Source: Hydrolagus colliei (lineage: Eukaryota). Taken from it: a stretch of DNA of 64,000 nucleotides. The translations under genes and the position numbers were made by a program. How positions within the stretch are numbered: the first letter of the stretch is position 1; each line of letters begins with the position of its first letter. A model generated the notes under the pieces. The model was not told the DNA's origin. It ran no database searches and saw nothing but the letters and a program-made list of their open reading frames with translations. The stretch is taken from contig CM068757.1 of assembly GCA_035084275.1 (NCBI GenBank), positions 6,448,001 to 6,512,000 on the forward strand. The letters run 5' to 3'. Positions 51,003-64,000 of this stretch are shown one piece after another.

Positions 51003-51233
51003 AACAAAAACAGAAATAGCTGGGAAATACTCAGCAGGTCAGGCAGCATCCATGGAGCAAAGAAAGTGAGTCAATAACTTGGGTCCATGACCCTTGATCA
51101 GAACTCTATTCGTGGACCTGAAATGTTGACTCACTTTCCTTTCGTTCCCCATTGATGCTGCCTGATCTGCTGAGTGTTCCCAGTGATTTGTTTTTGTTTT
51201 AGACTTCCAGCATCCGCAGTATTTTACTTTTTG
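51003..51233. mobile_element. Palindromic non-autonomous element (inverted arms about 85 bp), Penelope pseudo-LTR-like
   Basis: Left arm aacaaaaaca..ctgggaaatactcagcaggtcaggcagcatc..aaagtgagtcaa..gggtcca pairs with right arm tggacct..ttgactcacttt..gatgctgcctgatctgctgagtgttcccag..tgtttttgtt. The family assignment is from recall of chondrichthyan repeats. Confidence 0.7.
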
Positions 51234-51379
51234 TTAAAAGTTTTGATCCTAGAAACACCAAACAATCTAGTTTTCCCCCACTGTATAAAGTGTAAAAAAA
51301 CAATTCCTGGGTCATGGCAACTGCTTTTAGATGTTTATGATAAATTCTATTTCTTGTGGGATTTGTTATTCACAATGTA

Positions 51380-51660
51380 ACCCTTGCATTTGTTGTAGCA
51401 CCTCATCATGTCTTCGAGACATCTCAAAGCAGTTTACAGAATTTACTGTAAAGTGAGTTGACTGTTTTGTGGTCAGCCAATTGCATACAGCAGTGCCCCA
51501 AATATAATAATCCTTGCATTTGAAAAAGTACCTTCTCATGTCTCAAAGTGCTTCACAGAATATACTGCAAAGCAATTTGACTGTAGATGTTGTGGGCAAA
51601 ACGTAGCAGTCAATTGTGCGCAGCAGTGTCCCCTCAAATAGTCGTGGATTGAGTCACCAA
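51380..51660 (-). mobile_element. Two tandem SINE 3' fragments (about 51380-51502 and 51505-51660)
   Basis: Each has ccttgcatttg...tctcaaag...cagaat.tactg...cagcagtg.ccc. Confidence 0.82.
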
Positions 51661-52127
51661 CAATAACTACACATTTTATTTATCGTGACCAAACACTGAA
51701 ATGACCTCAGTACTTCCTGTACAAGTCTTTGAAATGGTTATTATTTGGGCACTTGAAGATAAGGACAAATGCTGTGAGTGGTGACATTGCGCCACCATTT
51801 TTTTTCAGTGTCAGATTTCTCCAGTGAGGAGACTTGTAGGAACAGCGGTTATACTTTTTGGTGGGTTGAGGCTTTACTACTTAATTGGTGCCATATCAGA
51901 TATAGCCACAGGGCAGACTGGCTTGTGTTACAGTGCTTTGCTCGCTCATCAACTGTGTGTGGGTTAGGTGGGGGGGGGGGGGGGAATTTCCAACCCTCAA
52001 TAACTCAAAGTGGAATCTCTGAAACCTTGAAAAGGAGCAAGTTCAATTGTATTAATGAATGACCCATGAGAACATTTTCCGAACAGCTCTGTGGGTATAA
52101 ACATATCAGTTACCGCTTTCTAAAACT

Positions 52128-52465
52128 TAATAAGAATAATCTTGCTTTTGATATAGCGCCTTATTATGTCATTGAGACATCTCAAAGCTCTTTACAGAAT
52201 ATATTGTATTGACTATGTATTACTAGGTGAAACGCAGCAACCAATTGTGCACAGCAGTGTCCCACAAAGAACCGTGTATTGAGGGATTATTACGCTTGGA
52301 AGGCGATCTGCCTGTCGACTAACAATCCTGTTCTTACTTACTGCTAGGTAAACAGAGGTGTGCGGAGAAAGGAAACATGCCTAATGTTTCACCCTGCCTG
52401 GGAATTAAACCCGGGATTAACTTGCTTGCCAGGCGAACACGCTAACCACTATGCTACAGCACTCC
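52128..52465 (-). mobile_element. tRNA-derived SINE, full length (long subfamily)
   Basis: Tail to head (gctaaccactatgctacagcactcc), including the extra internal segment at about 52292-52360. Confidence 0.88.
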
Positions 52466-53496
52466 TTCAACATAAATACTAAACCCAAGGAGAAAACAAA
52501 AGCTATGAGTCATAATTTTATTCTTTCAAAGTATTCCCTCAAGCATGTGGGGGGAAAAAAACTTGGGAAAACTTGATGAATATTTGAGCAGCACAGTGGA
52601 ATCCTTAAGCTCCATTTCTGCCTTCGGTGCAACAGCAGATGGCTTTGATGGTCATTTAAGAGCGGCACATTCAATCATAATAACACTAATATTTTCTGGT
52701 GACGCCAATGAAAAAAACTTCAGTAATAAATTTAAATGATGAATTTCTCTTCCCGGATAAATTGTATTTTAATGCAAATCTCACTTGATGAACAATGTGC
52801 GCTCCTTGAACAAGATGCTTAAACAACTCCAACTGCAACGTTCACTGCTTGCGTACTGGCAAGCTGGAGAACCACATGAATCTGGTTGTCGGAAGTCGTA
52901 CTATTTCCACTTTGCGACGAATAAAAAAACCTCAAAAAAGTTAAAAACTAATGACTTTTCATTTACCATTCTTCCCTTTCCATCACGAGGCACAATAAAT
53001 AGGTCAGAAAACAACTGAACGTCCCCCTAAGCGTCAAGCCAGGCTCTGCCACTGTTAAGCGCTCTAGGACACTGCCTCATGAAGCTTGTTGTTGTTATTG
53101 TTGTTACACAGTTACACAATTCTGTAATTGCTGTCCAGCAATGACCCAAACTGCTTCAACCTAAAATCCACCACACAATACCACGAGTGAGGATTCACGC
53201 TGGAAATTGTAGGACCAGATTTACTTAAAAGGTTCAAACATCCCTTTTCTGATCCTGTGACATTGCTGCAAATGTAATGGGAAATTACTGCAAGTGCACT
53301 GAAGCATTACTGTGCAATTGTTAGGTTTCCGACAGCCTTGTGGTTAACACAATGACAATGTATATAAATATGGAGTGAAAACACAGATTATGAGCAAGGT
53401 GCAAGCAAGTCTATGCTAATAATACTACAAGCATGTAAATAAGACACTATTTAGTATACTGCTTCAGAATCTGAAATGTATTGGTTTGAACTGATT

Positions 53497-53552
53497 TAAG
53501 CGCTCTGAGAGGTTGCCCTGCCTGAAAGGCGCTATATAAACACAATTTGTTA
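53497..53552 (+). mobile_element. L2-type 3' tail fragment
   Basis: taagcgctctgagaggttgccctgcctgaaaggcgctatataaacacaatttgtt. Confidence 0.65.
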
Positions 53553-55063
53553 TTGCACTGTGTAAATTATGAGCTTCATAAAATACACTCAGACGATACT
53601 GCACTAGTCAAATAAAGATTTACATCAGAAATACCATGAACAGCCATAGTTCTATAAACAAGAATTCAATGAGAACATGTTATAGCTTTTCTCCAGGTGG
53701 GAAGGAGCAGGGAATTATTGCATTCTCTCTCACTCTCCAAATACTCCATCAATGGTGCTTCAAAGACTTTCAGCGCAAAGTGTAATTTATCAGATGAAAT
53801 GTGCATGCTCATGTTTTCCTCATTCCATCTAGTAACTGACCTCAGTGTACATGAGCAAGGAGGGGTGGGGAGGGAACAGTGGGAGCAAAAGGTTAGTGGG
53901 GGGTTTAACATAGCAGCGTTTACAGAGATATTCAACATACTGTTGTGGGTCCAGTGGGTCTGCCTGCTTTCCTGAATAAAGTACGACAAAAGACGCGCTA
54001 ATATATTCAGAGTTTCCTTTCTCAAATAAGTAATTTCAGATAAATCAAACAAAACCCGCGTCACATGGAACAGTACCAGTACTGATGCTCTTAGGCATTA
54101 ACACAGACTGGATCAAATCCTGTAGATGAAGTAGCACATATAGGCTGTTGAAATGGTGGCGGTTACAATGAGATGAACTGTCACACTCTATTGAATCCTT
54201 AATTGGACCAAATGTTGAACATTTAAAGTTAGCATCAGTGTTTCCCATGGCAGAACGAAATGTCAAAAGTAATACGAGTTGACGCATTTGTCTCAAATCC
54301 AGTGCGACCTTTTGTTTCACAACTGGCAATTGAATGGCATTCAAAAGAGTCAGCTATTGATCACCTGGCCTACTTGAAGCTGCGATGGTCATTCAGAAGC
54401 TCATCAATTTCAATTTAACCTCAGGGCCAAGGTTCAAACGGTTGAAATGACATTATTTCAAAGAACAGTAGAGTGGGCATTCATTTATTTTGCCTATGCT
54501 GATTAGAATTACAGTACAGTACATGGAAAGTAATACTGGTCTGGTAAATTACAGCTGTATAGGTAGGGTCTTCAGTAGGTTGAAATCTACTGAAGACCAC
54601 ATCGATACAATTTAGTTTCTATGGTTTAGTTGTTTATTTCCCACCCCCTTTCCAACATGCTGTTGACATCCATAAAGAATGTCCACATGGTTGAGGCCAA
54701 ACAGTATTCGCCATCAATGAAACAATACTCCAGCATAGGTCAGTGCCTTGAAAGAAAGGAATCAAAAATTCAATAGCTTCGTACAATTGGAGAAAATAAC
54801 CAGCATTGTATCAGAGTAAGCTGGTTGCACCAATGAAGGTGCCCATTGTGCATGTGTGAGTGGGTTTCTAACCATTGTGAGCTCTTTTGGGGTTTGACGG
54901 CTTGAAAAAGAACCACCCTGACCCTGCGCCCGGACACACCTCAACACCCAAAAGCATGGATCCCTCCGATTCATGAACCAAATATACACATACAACAACT
55001 TAACACTTTCAAGCTTATCACTCTCATTCCCCACCTTGTGCTGAGCTGACCTGTCCTGTTACA

Positions 55064-55376
55064 GGAGTCCTGTAGCTCAGTGGTTAGACTGCTTGCCTTA
55101 CCATCAAGAGATCTGGGTTTGATTCCCGGCAGAGGCGAAATCTTGGACAAGTTTCCTTACTCCACACACACACACACACACACACCTGGTAATAATCCTT
55201 CAATAAAACAATAATAAATTGTAATTTCTCAATCCACGACTGTTTGTGGGGACATTGCTGTTCGCAATTGGCTGCCATGTTTCGCCCTCAACTAAACAGT
55301 CAATTTACTTTACAGTATATTCTGTGAAGTGCTTTGAGACATCCAGAAGACGTGATAAGGCGCTGTATCAAATGCA
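55064..55376 (+). mobile_element. tRNA-derived SINE, full length, with internal (CA)n expansion
   Basis: ggagtcctgtagctcagtggttag...gggtttgattcc...tactc(ca)n cctggtaataatcc...ataaggcgctgtatcaaatgca. Confidence 0.93.
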
Positions 55377-57351
55377 TTTATATCGCTCCCTTCATGTGGG
55401 GTAGCTTGCCTTCTTAGATCTTACTGCTGCACCACAAAGCTTATGGAATACAGATGTTTAATGCTTACACATCAGGAGAACGTCTTTAAGCGCTTCACAA
55501 AATATACTGTAAGGCGAATTGGCTGCTAATTTTGTGGGTGAAATGGAGGGAATAATACAATCTTACTACTGTATTAAGTTTAAAAAGAGTGAATAAAACC
55601 GTCTGAAACTTGCAGCCGAAAACATTTCAGAACTGGGTACGACACTTGGCCTGGTTCAGTGAAGTGTTACTCGTAACCTGGCAGCAAACAAAACAATACG
55701 CAATTCTTCCATTGAGGGGCTCAATGAATTCTGAAATTATAACATTGTTTATGCACTTGACACTTTATAAAGTACTTGAATGAATAAAATAAATGTCTGA
55801 AGGCAATAACACAGCAAGCAGAGATTGGTCCAAAGCTACGCCTCTTAGCAGGTAACAACTCACTGTCACTGCAGCGCGCAGGTTGCAGGTTTGTTTAGAG
55901 TTAGCCCAAGGCAGTTTTCTTCCCCCTCCCTCCCTAGTGGCCTTGTTATAGTGAACTTTTATTATTGTGTCTGGCTGGGAAAACCATACCTAAAGAGTAC
56001 CGCGTGTCAGCAACTGAACATGATGGAACGGCAACTCGATCCGAGACAAAATTTGAAACAAAGGTGCTTAAATCAACTGCTGACAAACAATAACCACAGC
56101 ACGATGTGCTCTGTAGAACATAATGGAACTAATTATGTGCTTTGTTATATTGGCAAAAAGAGGTGTGCTGCACATTTTATACGAGACAGAAACGTTTCCA
56201 TCCAGTAACAAAGGTGACGTGTAAAATTTATCAGCTTCCGTGCGTCATGAATAGATTTCTCCCTTTAAAGTCTGACAAGACACTTTATTCCATCTCCCGA
56301 TCACACGACTGAAACACAAACAAGACGAAGGGAAACAAATGTGTGATCTACAGCAGTGAAGACTGATGGTAAGGAATCCAATCGATCATGAATAAAAACG
56401 CACAGCAGAAACAGAAGATACCTTAAATACAAATACAGCTTCCTATATTTATATTTTAAAAAGTTGGATTTAGAGAATCTTACACTGAAATTTTGCTGCA
56501 ATGAAGGGGTAGTACCCCACCTGGTGTTTGCTCAGGCACTCATCGCAGTATGAGTAGCTCTTCAACGCCTGGTAATCGGTTCCAATTTACTTCTTCACAT
56601 ATTCAAGCCGAGTGCGGCTGTGCATATGCACAACCTTGCTTACTAGTTTTGTCAATAACACAAATCAGCAATGATCAGTTTTCCAGCAATAAGGAAACTC
56701 TTATTCAGTCTCATTTAAACTTCCGTTAGAATGTCACCATAAAAGTATCTAACACCTAAACAATGGTTAATGTACAGCGTTGCTCTCCTGCAAAGCAAAT
56801 AAAAGAATAATCGCATTTGTGAAGTCAACCAAATGGAAACGATTTTAAAATGTCAACTATTAAGACATAATAGTGCCCATTCAAACCGTGATTTTAAGAA
56901 CATCTCGCATTCAGGAATAAGTGCCAGTGCAGTACAGCAAACAACATTAAATTATATTTGTATACCACCTATATCAGAAAAGGCACGCAATCTCATGCTT
57001 TGAAGAGAATAGAGCAGTAACCACCAGGCATTGCTTTCTTTGACACTTTTTGTAATGCCACAGAAAACTGATGTTATACTGTATGTCTCTCAAATAGATG
57101 AAAGAGGTTTCTGAACATTCTGATTGAAGACTGTCCACTTCATATAATTACTGACAAAACAAAGTACAATACTGTACAAAGTCTGGGATTATGAACTGTC
57201 CACAGGCATGTAAAGCCTCTTGACCATCCAATAGCAAAGCTTTTTAAATGGGTATTTCTGTTGAAATTCAGGCCAAGACAGACACGGTGTTATCTCACAC
57301 TGGTCTGTGAAACCACAAAAGTTCACACTGTAGCACTTCCATTGAGAAATC

Positions 57352-57530
57352 TAATAATATTTATCCTAACATTTGACATACGCTTTTCACACTTCCAAAT
57401 GTTTCCAAGCGCTTCACAGAATATCCTGTAAAGTGAATTGACTGTATATTTGTGGGCAAAACGCAGCAGCCAATTACACACAGCAGTGTCCCACAAATAG
57501 TCGTGGATTGAAGTGACCAATTTTATTAGA
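57352..57530 (-). mobile_element. SINE 3' half
   Basis: cgcttttcaca...gcgcttcacagaatatcctgtaaagtgaattgactgtatatttgtgggc...gtcgtggattgaagtgaccaa. Confidence 0.88.
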
Positions 57531-58721
57531 ATCTTTCTGACAATAATAAATCATATTCTCAGGGCAGCACTCCCAGCACCACTACTTTATTAGCAGGGCA
57601 GATGGGTTCAATAATGTAACTTGACGCATGCAAATACTTCTGACTAAAATGTTTCGAAAGAAACCACAAGGAGCTATCACCAATCAAAGCAAGAAAGCAA
57701 ATAACAAAATGACATGAAAAACAGGAAAGCTGGGATGACATTCTACAATTCCCGAGAATGAAAACGCATTTAATGAACCTCGCCTCTCCCAATTATCATG
57801 AGTTACTCCAGAGTGCTGAAATCTATATACCCGGTGCAGTAACATCCATTCAGGTATTGGCTTTTCGCTCCCTGTGGTGCCATCTTCTGGCATAATCACA
57901 AGTGAATCTTTCTCTTTCAAGCTCAATGTTTTAATTGTCATAATTCCATATGCAGCAGATTTATTTACATCCAGAATTTAACAAATTGTTGAATGCGGTC
58001 TTAACTGTACAGTTGGTTTCCAGGATGTCATTAAAAGGACCTAATAGAAAATTACAGTATCTTCAAAAGTAAGACAGAATTTGGTGATACTCCGAAATGC
58101 TACATTAAGCATTTGAAACATCGTCCTGAAATGAAAGGCTCGATATAAATGTAAATTATACTGTACTGTATCAAAAGAGTAAATCTAGCCCTGGGTAGAA
58201 TTCTTCTCTGATAGATTTTCTACAAATCAACACTTAACATATTGTCATTTAAGTTGCAATTCTAGTTATTTTCCAGGTTCTTCAACCCTGCACACAAATC
58301 ACCCATGTTTGAAGTATATGTAACAAACTTCCCTGAAGTCACTAACCATGCTAATTTTTAGAAAGCAACTAGAAGACAGAAGCATTTGTTTTACAGACAC
58401 TTGAAGTACAGAGAAAGTTAATCGGTTCCATGCACTCCATGTGACAAATTTATTGCCGTGGGCTAAATGCCATTCCATTCAGTGAGTACCACAAATGTGT
58501 CCCTGTGAGTTGCATATAACTGCAATACAATTTAAAACATAGAATTGAGTTTTATGTTTGTAACATTTGTAACATTATTGAGGTTGAATTCAATTAGGAA
58601 AATAATGAAATGCGTTCATAAATTTGGTACCTTGACTTCAACAGAACCAGAGACAGAAAGGTATAGACAGGGCCACTGTGATCTATCGTTGCCCGTTAGG
58701 AATGAAAGTAGGCAGGGCAGG

Positions 58722-58810
58722 TAATAGTAATAATCCTTGCATTTGATGCATCGTTGAGACGTCTCAAAACACTTTACAGGATTTACTGCATACTTTGCGG
58801 GTGAAACGTA
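58722..58810 (-). mobile_element. SINE 3' fragment
   Basis: taataatccttgcatttgat...gagacgtctcaaaacactttacag...gggtgaaacg. Confidence 0.75.
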
Positions 58811-59134
58811 CAGATACGAACATTCCAAAACAATACCTACAAATTTATAAACTATTAAAATAATCTGAGTGTGAGACAAACATAGAACTTCTGAAAAAGA
58901 ACATTATCCTCATTGGTTGTTTCGTTTGCTTTTTGTCACTCTTGGTTTCACTGTTCTTCTTTCTCCAGCAGTCGGGTCTAATCCCTGTGCAACACGTGAA
59001 TTATAGTTTGATCAAACACAATGAGTGGAAGTGTTTCCTATTTACAAAGGAACTGGGACACCACCCCCACTTGCTAAGGTGAGTCCTTACATGCAATTCG
59101 TGCCTGAAGACCTTTCTCTCGGGTTGTGCTGATG

Positions 59135-59245
59135 ATCACTCACCTCCCCCACCCCTGGCTTGGCGTCGTGCTTCGCCACTGTCAAGCGCTCTGGGGCGCA
59201 ATCCTGCATGAGAGGAACTATTTAAATGCAGGTTGCTGTTGTTGC
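59135..59245 (+). mobile_element. Old L2-type 3' tail fragment
   Basis: ctgtcaagcgctctggggcg...atgagaggaactatttaaatgcaggttgctgttgttg. Confidence 0.5.
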
Positions 59246-62200
59246 AGCAATTACCTGTCCTACAATGTACATGACGTAAAATAAAAGTAAGCCTCACTGA
59301 GATTCAAACAGGTTCAATTCCGGTCTCTTACTCAGTTTCCAAATAGTCAATAACTATGAATATTAGAGGCTATTACTTTTGCTTTCCCCAAAGCTTGCCA
59401 AGGAATCAGTTGTCTCACTTTATGCTGTATTAGGACTCATTTCCATAACCTACAATTAATGGAACGTGCAAGTGGACTTTTTCCCCCCAAAAAAGTGAGT
59501 AGTTCTAATGAGAACTAGTGCCTGCAAATAGGCCCGGAGAGCTATCAGTGGCTGAAAGTTGCTGCACTGAACCTAATGACCAGCTTCGTGCCAAGGTATC
59601 ATGAGTCAGCGATTCAAATTGACAGCATTCACTGCTTGGGATATCAATGAAGAGAGAGAGAGTATAGTTCTTATATTAAATAAGGTAATACGGGGCTGCG
59701 TTTTAAGCAACTCGGTGAAATAAAACCATCCTAAAAAGACATCCTTATGGTGGTGAATATTCCCTTCATTACTTATATATACACACACAATGCATCAAGT
59801 AATTTGGATATATCCACATCTAAACACATTTCTTGATTAACTACTCGAAAGAACACCTTTTAAAAAGTCACTTCCATTAGCTTTGAATATAATATTGCTA
59901 ATGCGCAAAGCAATAGGTCATGGATGAAAGTACGAAATGTAATTTGGCTTTAATGGGTTTGGGAATGGCTATAATGGACCTGGACTGGAAATAAACAGGG
60001 AGCGGCGAGATGCTGGGATGTCGGAGCTACTGATAAATGAAGCCAGAGGACAGATGACAAATGTCTCCAGTCTGACACAATTCAGTACAGTTAGATAAAG
60101 AAATACAGCCTCAATGCTGCAGGGAAAGGAAATGCTACACGGGTCTATAAAATAGAGACAGTTTATGGCTCGTCTAGCAACCACCTTGCAAAGGAAGCAT
60201 GTGCACTCCTGCCCTATTAATACGAGCTTAAATACATAAATAAATCAAGAATGCGGATGCAAGGCTCACTTTATAGCACTTATTATAAGAAATGACACAG
60301 TGACTTTTTATAAGGCAATAAGACAGGGCCAGAAACGAAACGTAGCAGGCAAGCCCTTTTCAAAGTTACACCACCATCCATAACCCCTTCACCTTTCTCC
60401 ATCTCACACTAACTCTCAGCAGAGCGGTTAGACAGGTTACGGGATGGGACAGTTCAGTGCATTTTCTGCAATTTCAACCCCTCCCCCCAGAATAATTTAT
60501 GGCAGCATCAATCTTATTCTAACAGTATCATATGACTTAAAGGTCTATAATACAGCATGTTTTACATGGCTGCCTACAAAAAGTAACTACAGCTACAGTA
60601 ATTACTGTAAAGCGCTTGGAGGGGTTCAAACATCACAAGGCATGATAACAATGCAAGTTCTTTCATTCTTTAATGGTGGCAAGTGGTACTGACATTCACT
60701 GGCATCATGCGAACTTGTGTGAAATAAAAAAGCATAGTTTCCGTGAGTGCGTATTGGAAAAGAAAACATAAATTAAGCTTGAGATATGCAGAACGTCTCA
60801 TGTGAATGTGGCTCTTTACGGCTACTTGGAAGGACATATTATGGGAAGGGGAGAATACAGTCGGAAGGTTGAGACAATTTGTTTTGTAGAGTTGGTTGCT
60901 GGTGGGTCGAGTTAGATTTGCCACCAGCCAACCCAACTGAACCACAGCAAGGCAAAGCACTCCACCACTGAGCACTGACAAGTAATTGGTAAACTCACCA
61001 AATTAAATTAGGTCCGTTCAAGTGACCATTTAGACTGCACATTCAAACGTCTACTGTTGGAAATGCTGGATTATTTCCAATTCAATGAAACTGGTGTGTA
61101 ATCACCACCTTCGGGAACATACTTCGGGCGCTCTTTATATAGTCGGCTCTGTGTGTGTGTGTAAAGCACAAGGTTGGAGGCAGAAGATTCAGAAACGCAC
61201 AGCAGAAGTAATGGAGGGCAGTTTGCAGACTTATACGGCGCAAATAATGAAAGGAGCCGCAGGTGCGCAAAGCCTCATTTAGAAGACAAACAGCTGCAGT
61301 AAGTGACAGGTTATAGCTCTGGCTGATATAACCATTAAAAAGCAGAATTCCTAGCAAAACGACATCGGGGGTTACTTGGTGAAACACAACGGCAGGCAAT
61401 TTTTTTTTAAAAACTAGTATTTCGTAATCCCAATTTTTGTTTCTTATATTATCCACAGGACTAATCTGACATTGGACTGTTTCTTTCAGAATACACTATG
61501 GGCTTTGATAACCATCAGCAATGAAACTCTGCGAGAGAAAGGGAATTCTCACAGAGAGGCAAAGTAGCTGAGACAGCAGTGTCCTGCCCTCAGATAGAAA
61601 TTCCCAAATGGAGAGAATCATTATTTAAGGCCAGAGTGGAGAGCGATTGAAGGGCCCAGCATTGAATCTCCAATTATCCAGCCAAGAACACAAGCATTAG
61701 ATTCTACGCTACCTACTGCTCTGCCCTCCCGCAAGGTACAGGCAAGAGATTTGGAAACTCCAAACCAGCTGTGCTAAAGAGTCACAGGTTTTGAATAGCC
61801 TTGTGGGCATCTTTGTAACTGCCACAAGACAGCTAATAGAAATGTATCCAGTAATGCACCATGGTGGGATTTGTACGGGCTCCATCCCATGTCTGCTCAT
61901 ATGTGCTGTAAGGAAGAGTAGTCCACTGGGGTCCTGATGCCTTTGGTGAGGAGGGAAATCAGGCATCCAGTCAATCCAGCCTGCTCTATGAGAAGGCAGG
62001 TTATTTATCCATGGTTTACCCAGACAGATGATTTAAGGAAGAACGTGAATGAACCAAGGAGAAGGGGGAGGAAAACTACATTTTCAAATGGGGATAAATG
62101 TAGATACGTTTCAATAATCAATAGTTCCAAATCGCTCAAGTCAAATGTTTGGAATCAAACAAAATGATTAAACACCATTTGGTCTCCGTTTGCAGACGAG

Positions 62201-62789
62201 GAGTAAAGGCTGAAGGAACGTTTTGCTCAGTACACAGAGTGTACCTCTGAGGCCTTGAGCATGCTGAATTCAGTGTATCAAATCAGATATACAATGCTGT
62301 ATTTCATTAATATCTGTCCACTCACAAACCAGCTACACTCTTTCAACAATGGGCTGACATAATAGATCGAATTGACTTTAGGGAAATAAAGTGAAATTCG
62401 GTCCCAGGTTAAGATTTTCTTTCCGTTTTAACACCACTGAGCTGTGTACAGATCATATAAATAAACATTTATTTGAAATCATTACACAACTTGATTGAGT
62501 TCACGTCCTGTAGCAAGTAAGTAATTTTCTAGCAGTCCCAGTAGATTGAGGTTCTCTGTTGAAGTAAAAAGGAATCCGCTAGGCAGAGAACCAAGACAGC
62601 CGCCAGCAGCTCAACAGCTATGAAAGAAGCCTGATTATAACCAGCAGCGACTGCATGAAAGCCTCACTCTTGATCGTAATGATGTGATCTCCACTCAGTT
62701 TAAAAGCCCGTGTCATCATCCCGTCACGTTGCAGGCAACACAATCGGAGTCGGTCACACGTTTTCATACATTGCTCCACAGAAACTCTG

Positions 62790-63295
62790 ACATTCTCCTC
62801 TCCGCCACCGTTCACACAATCCAAGTTATCCAAAATTCTGCCGTCCGCATTCTCACCCGTACCAAACTTTGCTCCCCGATTACCCCAGTCCTTGCCAGAC
62901 TTCACCGGCACCCTGTCTCAGAGCGGATCGATTTCAAGAGCCTCAATCGTTTTCAAATCCCTCCTTTCCTCTGCCACCCCTACCTCTCCGACCATCCTCT
63001 CTCTTCACAACAGCACCCGTTGCCTTTGCTCTGGTCTGGTCTCCTCCTTGTCCCCCGAATCCTCTGTTCCACCATCAGCAGCCATGCCTTGAGCCATTAC
63101 GCCCCGAGGCTCTGGAACTCCCTTCGCCTTGACCTCTCTTTTCCCATTTCCCATTTTCAAGGCTGAAGACCTATCTTTTCGACTGCGCTTTTGGTCACCT
63201 TCCCCCCACCCCACCCCCCCAACTCGGTCTCAGGATCCATTATTGTGAAGCACTCTAAGACGCCGTCTGGCGTGGAAGGCGCTACAGTTGTTGTT
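62790..63295 (+). mobile_element. Decayed 5'-truncated L2 LINE
   Basis: IQVIQNSAVRILTRT, ITPVLARLH, ERIDFK and APRLWNSL are homologous to the 16756 ORF, with frameshifts; tail ggcgtggaaggcgcta..gttgttgtt. Confidence 0.88.
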
Positions 63296-64000
63296 ACTTT
63301 TACATTTGCATCGGTTCAGCCCAAACGTAGAAAAGAGAAGGGTAGACATGATTTGCCATTTTTATTTTTTTGAGAGAGAAATCTATCTTTGCTGAAAGAA
63401 TACAGTGAGTGCCCAACGCTAGCACTCTTTTGTAAGGCGAAGGACTTGTTTAAATCGTTGCTTCATGTTCTCAAATGCTTTGGGTTGCGTTGCACGTTTT
63501 GCGCGTATCACAAAAGCAAACTCTCACACTACATACATGGTCACAAGCTCAAAGAAAGATACCAAATCCTACACAACGACTGAGGTGAGGAAAGAGAGAA
63601 TGTTTCAGTCATTGTTGAGGACTTGACCGGGAGCTTATCATAAACTACATTGGTAGCCCAGAGGCTAATATTGCAGTTCGTTTATTTATGCTACTCGACT
63701 TCTTTAACCATATTCAACATTAAACTTTATTCCTTACCTGTCAGATTATTTATGAAAACTGTGCTGGAAACTGGTTGCTTGTCTCTTCTTCCCCTTCATG
63801 TTCTACAAATGGAGTGAGGTGTAAAGCTGAACGAAAACTGAACTTACATTAATTGCTGGATTGACTGCAGCTGTGCTTCAACTGCTATTTGATTTAACTG
63901 CCAATTTTGCAGAGCCCACCCAGGTGTGCCTGTCTCCCCGGTAATTCAGTGACTCCTTACTATATTCATGGCCATCAAAAGGGGTTTTCGTAGCAATTCT

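Overview
AT-rich, repeat-laden vertebrate genomic DNA, not prokaryotic. The repeat repertoire (tRNA-headed SINEs sharing a 3' tail with L2 LINEs, Deu-domain SINE relics, CR1 ends, a Penelope-type palindrome) suggests a cartilaginous fish, probably a chimaera (inference). The window lies inside a large minus-strand BRSK2 (SAD kinase) gene. Two kinase-domain exons are clear: 27473-27388 (86 nt, [29 protein letters not shown]) and 10004-9864 (141 nt, [47 protein letters not shown]). I did not find the flanking exons by eye, so the rest is intron. Nearly all ORFs in the six-frame track are spurious; the exceptions are L2 ORF2 fragments and pieces of a decayed hAT-like transposase. The best leads all concern possible neuronal gating of BRSK2: a near-perfect RE1/NRSE (REST) site resembling the 3' tail of the local L2 family, a tandem GTAG/GT donor whose +4 use puts a stop codon at the exon end, a candidate 65-nt poison exon, and a YCAY cluster. 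A palindromic element with a degenerate hammerhead-ribozyme core is also present. All calls are by eye, repeat boundaries are approximate, and no wholly new system can be claimed from sequence alone.
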